Assembly: GCA_013239625.1 (NCBI GenBank)
Contig: MU054338.1
Span: forward strand, 4,489,371-4,553,370
DNA: 64,000 bases
Origin: Lama guanicoe
Lineage: Eukaryota
Direction of reading: 5' to 3'
Made by a program: the position numbers and the translations under genes. Positions within the stretch are counted from its first letter, which is position 1. The number at the start of each line of letters is the position of its first letter. This document shows, one piece after another, positions 61,801-64,000 of the stretch. The notes beneath the pieces were generated by a model, which was not told where the DNA came from, did no database searches, and saw only the letters and a program-made list of their open reading frames with translations.

Positions 61801-63438
61801 TGGATCTCATCCAATCTCATGGCTACAAACATCATCTATTAGCAGTGACCCCCCAAGTTTTAAGTAATGTGCAGTCCAGTCCCCTCTCCCGAATTCTAGA
61901 CTCATACAACCTACCACATACCAAACATTCCTGCTTAGACGTCTAATAGATGTCGCAGACATGACATGTTCCAAAGGGAGCTTCTGACCCCCCCACCTTG
62001 CGTTTCTGTGAGGGTCTTCTATTTTTCTGTTCAAGGCGAAGCCATGACGTTAACCTGCCTCTGCTTTCCTTCTCACCCTCCCCCATCTCTGATCCATTAG
62101 CAAATCCTGCTGACTCTTCCTCAAAATGGATCCAGAGTCTGGTCGCTTCTCTTTCCCTTCATTCCTTCCACTGTGGTTCACGTCCTATTGTCTCTACCAG
62201 GATTATGGAAACAGCCTCATAAAGGCGGTCTTGCCTTTTCCTTGCCCCATCTTTGGCCTGTTCTCCCTGCAGCAGCCAGAGGGCGCTTGTGAACACCTGA
62301 CTCAGAACATATCCCTTCTCTGCCTGCAACACTCTATGGCTCCTACCTTCCTCGGGGTAAAAGCCTGTGTCCTCCTGTGGCCCACAAGGCCTTGTCTGAT
62401 CTGACTCTCTTTTCCTTCCTGACCTTGTCTTCTATTAGTCGAACCCTTACTTCACTCTGGTCCACCCACACTGGCCAGATCAAGATTCTTCAAACGCGCC
62501 AAATACTCAAGGAACCTTGAATGGGATGCCCACTCCGCCTTGAATGTTGTTGCCCTGACACCCACATGGCCAACTCTCTCACTTTCCTCACCTCCTTCAA
62601 ATCTTTGTTCCAATCATTTCTTATTAATGAAATTTCCTCCGACAACTCATTTTGTAGTTTCCTACTCTCCCACCCTGATATTAATGCCTCTTCTGCTTCC
62701 TTATCTTCATTTTCTTTTCATAGTGCTTTCCAGTTTCTAACATACTATAACCTTTTTATTTATTTCATTTATGGTCTTCCATCCCCTACCAGAATGTTTT
62801 ATTTTCTCACTGATATATTCCAAGCAAAGGTAACTAAACTCCAGTGGCTTAATTAAATAGGAAATTATTTTTCTTGCAAGAAGAGAAGCCAGAGTTAGGT
62901 GTTGCTGGATTGGTTCTATCCCTTAGTGGTGTTATTAAGGATCTAGGCTCTCCTTAGATTTCCATTCCACTAACAGCATATTGGCTTCTCATCAATTATT
63001 TTCATGATTGCAAGGTGGCTGCCATAGCTCCAGACATCAAGACCATATTCAAGGCAGGAAGAAGAGGGTTGGGGCAGAGTGGCAAACTCTCCTTCCAATC
63101 CTCTCCCTTTAACAGGAAACAAAACCTTCCTAGAAGCTCCTTAGCGATTTCCCTTTCACCTAATTGGTCGGCAGAGCATCACATGACCACTCATAGTGAC
63201 AAAAGAATTTGACAAAGCAAGTGTTTGGCTTTCTGGCTTGGAGAGTGGGAGCACCAACGGTGAAGAGGTTGAGGGATAATCCCTGTTAACGTTTTAATGT
63301 TTATCCTTCTCATTTTTGTTGCCATATTCACCTCTCTCTGTGTTTATAAGACCCATGTCCATACATATATGACCCCTGAACTTGCATTTATAGTAAGCCT
63401 GCCACTGATTCAGATTCTGATTTCTCTCACAGGGTTAA
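27551..63438 (+). CDS. ADGRE1: Adhesion G protein-coupled receptor E1 (EMR1/F4/80); predicted 847-aa, 5-EGF form: join(27551..27581,28639..28701,33567..33713,35475..35630,36407..36553,41244..41384,41572..41718,42853..42941,44247..44330,47532..47709,49052..49171,50573..50772,51223..51393,53572..53766,55058..55293,55781..55847,57775..57866,60494..60662,60775..60879,63433..63438)
   Basis: Signal peptide [11 protein letters not shown], tandem phase-1 EGF exons, GAIN/GPS, secretin-like 7TM and C-terminus ...SKTG*. The 20 GT-AG exons sum to 2544 nt in frame. The position downstream of VAV1 matches known synteny. Confidence 0.95.
28639..28701 (+). CDS. ADGRE1: ADGRE1 exon 2
   Basis: tcatag|[20 protein letters not shown]|gtaagt; 63 bp, phase 1-1. 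Confidence 0.85.
30120..30240 (-). mobile_element. tRNA-Ala-derived SINE with (GTT)n tail, inside an L1 fragment
   Basis: aatggaggttctggggattgaacccaagacc...ctaccactgagctctaccccc. Confidence 0.82.
30600..31320 (-). mobile_element. LINE-1 3' fragment
   Basis: ttagattccacatatgag...ccatgttgctgcaaatggc...tgctgctatgaacattggggtgcatg. Confidence 0.85.
32650..33003. mobile_element. Two adjacent MER5A-like (hAT-Charlie) elements
   Basis: cttgttaaaattgcag...ccccagaccttctgaatcag and ggggcggggcctgagactttgcattt...caggtgatgctga...ggaccacactt. Confidence 0.65.
33045..33482 (-). mobile_element. MLT1 LTR
   Basis: accacaaaccaggtggcttaaaataacagaaat...ggggacacaattcaacccac. Confidence 0.75.
33567..33713 (+). 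CDS. ADGRE1: ADGRE1 EGF1 exon
   Basis: gcctag|[49 protein letters not shown]|gtgagt; six Cys. Confidence 0.94.
35475..35630 (+). CDS. ADGRE1: ADGRE1 EGF2 exon (calcium-binding type)
   Basis: gtccag|[52 protein letters not shown]|gtaatg. Confidence 0.95.
35752..35871 (+). pseudogene. ADGRE1: Decayed ADGRE1 EGF3 exon with in-frame TGA
   Basis: tgtcag|[39 protein letters not shown]|gtatag; the fifth Cys codon is TGA (35832-35834). Confidence 0.9.
36407..36553 (+). CDS. ADGRE1: ADGRE1 EGF4 exon
   Basis: caccag|[49 protein letters not shown]|gtaggt. Confidence 0.95.
37841..38208 (-). mobile_element. MLT1 LTR
   Basis: tgtattagtcagctcaggctgccgtaacaaagcaccatagcctgggtggcttaaa. Confidence 0.75.
38644..38793 (+). 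pseudogene. ADGRE1: ADGRE1 EGF5 exon with mutated splice acceptor (CG instead of AG)
   Basis: ttttctgctt[52 protein letters not shown]|gtaatt. The frame is open with six Cys, but there is no AG at the expected position. Confidence 0.82.
40091..40835. mobile_element. MER20 split by an L1 3' fragment (about 40121-40650) with target-site duplication
   Basis: cagggtttctcagcttcGGCACTAGTGACTTTTT-[L1]-GGCACTATTGACTTTTTgggctgg...ctgtcctgtgcattatagga...gttgaaaatcac. Confidence 0.8.
41244..41384 (+). CDS. ADGRE1: ADGRE1 EGF6 exon
   Basis: ccgcag|[47 protein letters not shown]|gtgagc. Confidence 0.94.
41442..41645 (+). repeat. 102-bp tandem duplication (41442-41543 / 41544-41645) of the acceptor and 5' half of the EGF7 exon; the first copy carries TGA
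   Basis: Both copies run ttgtttgatattc...ccctgggctcctac, with 11 mismatches in 102 by hand alignment. Copy 1 reads [24 protein letters not shown]. Confidence 0.93.
41572..41718 (+). CDS. ADGRE1: ADGRE1 EGF7 exon
   Basis: tttcag|[49 protein letters not shown]|gtaata. Confidence 0.93.
42853..42941 (+). CDS. ADGRE1: ADGRE1 stalk exon
   Basis: ccttag|[30 protein letters not shown]|gtaagt. Confidence 0.9.
44247..44330 (+). CDS. ADGRE1: ADGRE1 stalk/GAIN exon
   Basis: atacag|[28 protein letters not shown]|gtaatg. Confidence 0.9.
45386..45540 (+). mobile_element. tRNA-Ala-derived SINE (Vic-1-like)
   Basis: agggtatagctcaagtggtagag...ggttcaatctccagtacttcca...aataaataacctaattacc. Confidence 0.86.
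47532..47709 (+). CDS. ADGRE1: ADGRE1 GAIN exon
   Basis: ttgcag|[37 protein letters not shown]...QTEYL|gtagga. Confidence 0.93.
49052..49171 (+). CDS. ADGRE1: ADGRE1 GAIN exon
   Basis: tttcag|[40 protein letters not shown]|gtacac. Confidence 0.92.
50573..50772 (+). CDS. ADGRE1: ADGRE1 GAIN exon
   Basis: ttgcag|[19 protein letters not shown]...KMNSRVTGG...[11 protein letters not shown]|gtctgt. Confidence 0.92.
51223..51393 (+). CDS. ADGRE1: ADGRE1 GPS-motif exon
   Basis: tttcag|[57 protein letters not shown]|gtcagt; C-x2-W...W...GC...C-x-C GPS pattern. Confidence 0.94.
51801..52234. mobile_element. Tigger1-derived non-autonomous DNA transposon
   Basis: Inverted ends caggcatacc...gtatgcttg, with internal Tigger1 sequence (gcatgtgctcacttcatgtctctgtgtcacattttggtaattct). 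Confidence 0.75.
52361..52431 (+). pseudogene. Degenerate tRNA-Asp(GTC) pseudogene
   Basis: tgctcatcagtgctgtggtgagtatccttgcctctcacgc...ggttcagttctctgccaggga is collinear with tRNA-Asp tcctcgttagtatagtggtgagtatccccgcctgtcacgc...ggttcgattccccgacgggga. Confidence 0.7.
53572..53766 (+). CDS. ADGRE1: ADGRE1 TM1-TM2 exon
   Basis: tgacag|[20 protein letters not shown]...[29 protein letters not shown]|gtctca. Confidence 0.93.
54012..54232. mobile_element. MER20-like DNA transposon
   Basis: ggttctca...ctggcatgtagtgggtggaggccagggatgcggctaaacattctgcagtgcacaggacagc. Confidence 0.72.
55058..55293 (+). CDS. ADGRE1: ADGRE1 TM3-TM4 exon
   Basis: ctgcag|[25 protein letters not shown]...[13 protein letters not shown]...GYGTYNR|gtaagt. 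Confidence 0.96.
55781..55847 (+). CDS. ADGRE1: ADGRE1 ECL2-TM5 exon
   Basis: ccgtag|[22 protein letters not shown]|gtaagc. Confidence 0.95.
56853..57262 (-). mobile_element. MLT1 LTR
   Basis: ctcacagttctgaaggctgaaagtctg...ttggattagggcccaccctaa. Confidence 0.7.
57775..57866 (+). CDS. ADGRE1: ADGRE1 TM5-ICL3 exon
   Basis: ttgtag|[31 protein letters not shown]|gtttag. Confidence 0.94.
59187..59339 (+). mobile_element. tRNA-Ala-derived SINE (Vic-1-like)
   Basis: ggtggtagggtgcctgcttaacatgcacaaagtcctgggttcaatccccagcacc followed by an A-rich tail. Confidence 0.8.
60160..60462 (-). mobile_element. LINE-1 3' fragment with internal (TG)n
   Basis: ggcttacttcacttagaatgacaatctccaggtccatccatgttgctg...gctatgaacactggggtgcatg. 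Confidence 0.85.
60494..60662 (+). CDS. ADGRE1: ADGRE1 TM6-TM7 exon
   Basis: tgccag|[23 protein letters not shown]...[24 protein letters not shown]|gtatgt. Confidence 0.96.
60775..60879 (+). CDS. ADGRE1: ADGRE1 cytoplasmic tail exon
   Basis: ctttag|[35 protein letters not shown]|gtgaga. Confidence 0.94.
61164..61411. repeat. Imperfect inverted repeat (47/48-bp arms, 153-bp spacer)
   Basis: 61164-61210 aatcagtgagggaaacagcagatgttataattggctcaaaagagaac versus the reverse complement of 61364-61411, tatcaatgtgggaaccagacagctgttataattgggtcaaaagagaac. Confidence 0.8.
63433..63438 (+). CDS. ADGRE1: ADGRE1 last exon coding part (Gly-stop), followed by 3' UTR
   Basis: tttctctcacag|GGT TAA gives ...SKTG*, as in human EMR1. 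Confidence 0.85.
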   Translation, partial: G

Positions 63439-64000
63439 AATCCTTTCTTGCTTTCAAATATGCAGTGGAACAACATTTCAGGAAAGCAGGTGCCTGCAGG
63501 AACCTACTCGGAAACCTCCTCTTCTCAGCTTACTGTGGAAACGCAGGATCCCGCCAGCGCCACAGCGCTCTGGGCAGCTCGGAGCGTGGATGCGTGGGGC
63601 GGCCTTCCCAGGGCTTCATGCCCTGGTGGGAAACAGGAGTTTTTGTTCCAGGTCACCGTTCTACTTTCTGTGTTCTGCAGCTCCTTGACTTTGGGGGGTT
63701 TGGGGAAGATACTAGAGCTCAGGGCAATAATAGTAGCACCAAGAACTTCTGGCTGCCGAAGCTTGCTGATGCCTGGCTCCAAGCGTGCCTCGCCGGCACC
63801 TATTACATGCTTAACACACAGGGTAGCCCTCAATACATGACTTGTCTTATGACTGGCTGGCTTACTTTCAACAAAGAACCCTCCAGCTTTTAAAGAAATG
63901 GTCAGTAAAACTGTCATGAGAGCCCCAGGGGGTAAACAAAGCACCTGGGCTTAGAGGGCGCTTTGGCAGAAACACTTGAAAGTTCCGAGTCGGTAAGTAG

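Noticed and set aside
27551..63438. ADGRE1 as a complete pseudogene
   Set aside because: All lesions are confined to in-frame skippable EGF modules, and the other 20 exons keep their frame and GT-AG sites. Transcript data are still needed to exclude this formally.
63297..63893. 198-aa ORF as an alternative terminal exon or separate gene
   Set aside because: It straddles the last intron and the 3' UTR in a different frame from the GGT TAA ending, with no recognisable homology.

Overview
This is mammalian genomic DNA with two + strand genes. The first is the 3' end of VAV1: 8 coding exons covering the end of the N-terminal SH3, the SH2 and the C-terminal SH3, with the stop at 14056 and AATAAA at 14287. 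The second is a complete ADGRE1 (EMR1/F4/80) adhesion GPCR, ATG 27551 to TAA 63438. Multiple tRNA-Ala(AGC)-derived SINEs of the Vic-1 type suggest a camelid, which is an inference. The most notable signal is erosion and remodelling of the ADGRE1 EGF array. Seven EGF-exon positions are recognisable but only five are intact. EGF3 has a Cys->TGA stop with intact splice sites, and EGF5 has lost its acceptor (AG->CG). A 102-bp tandem duplication has also placed a second, stop-containing acceptor in front of EGF7. Joining the 20 intact exons by hand gives a 2544-nt frame (847 aa). Other observations are co-oriented CTCF-like motifs between the genes, a PU.1/RUNX/C/EBP-type promoter, a tRNA-Asp pseudogene, an intronic inverted repeat and nested transposon relics. 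I found no convincing wholly new biological system. Most long ORFs in the supplied track are spurious. Repeat family names and orthologue comparisons are from memory, not from database searches.
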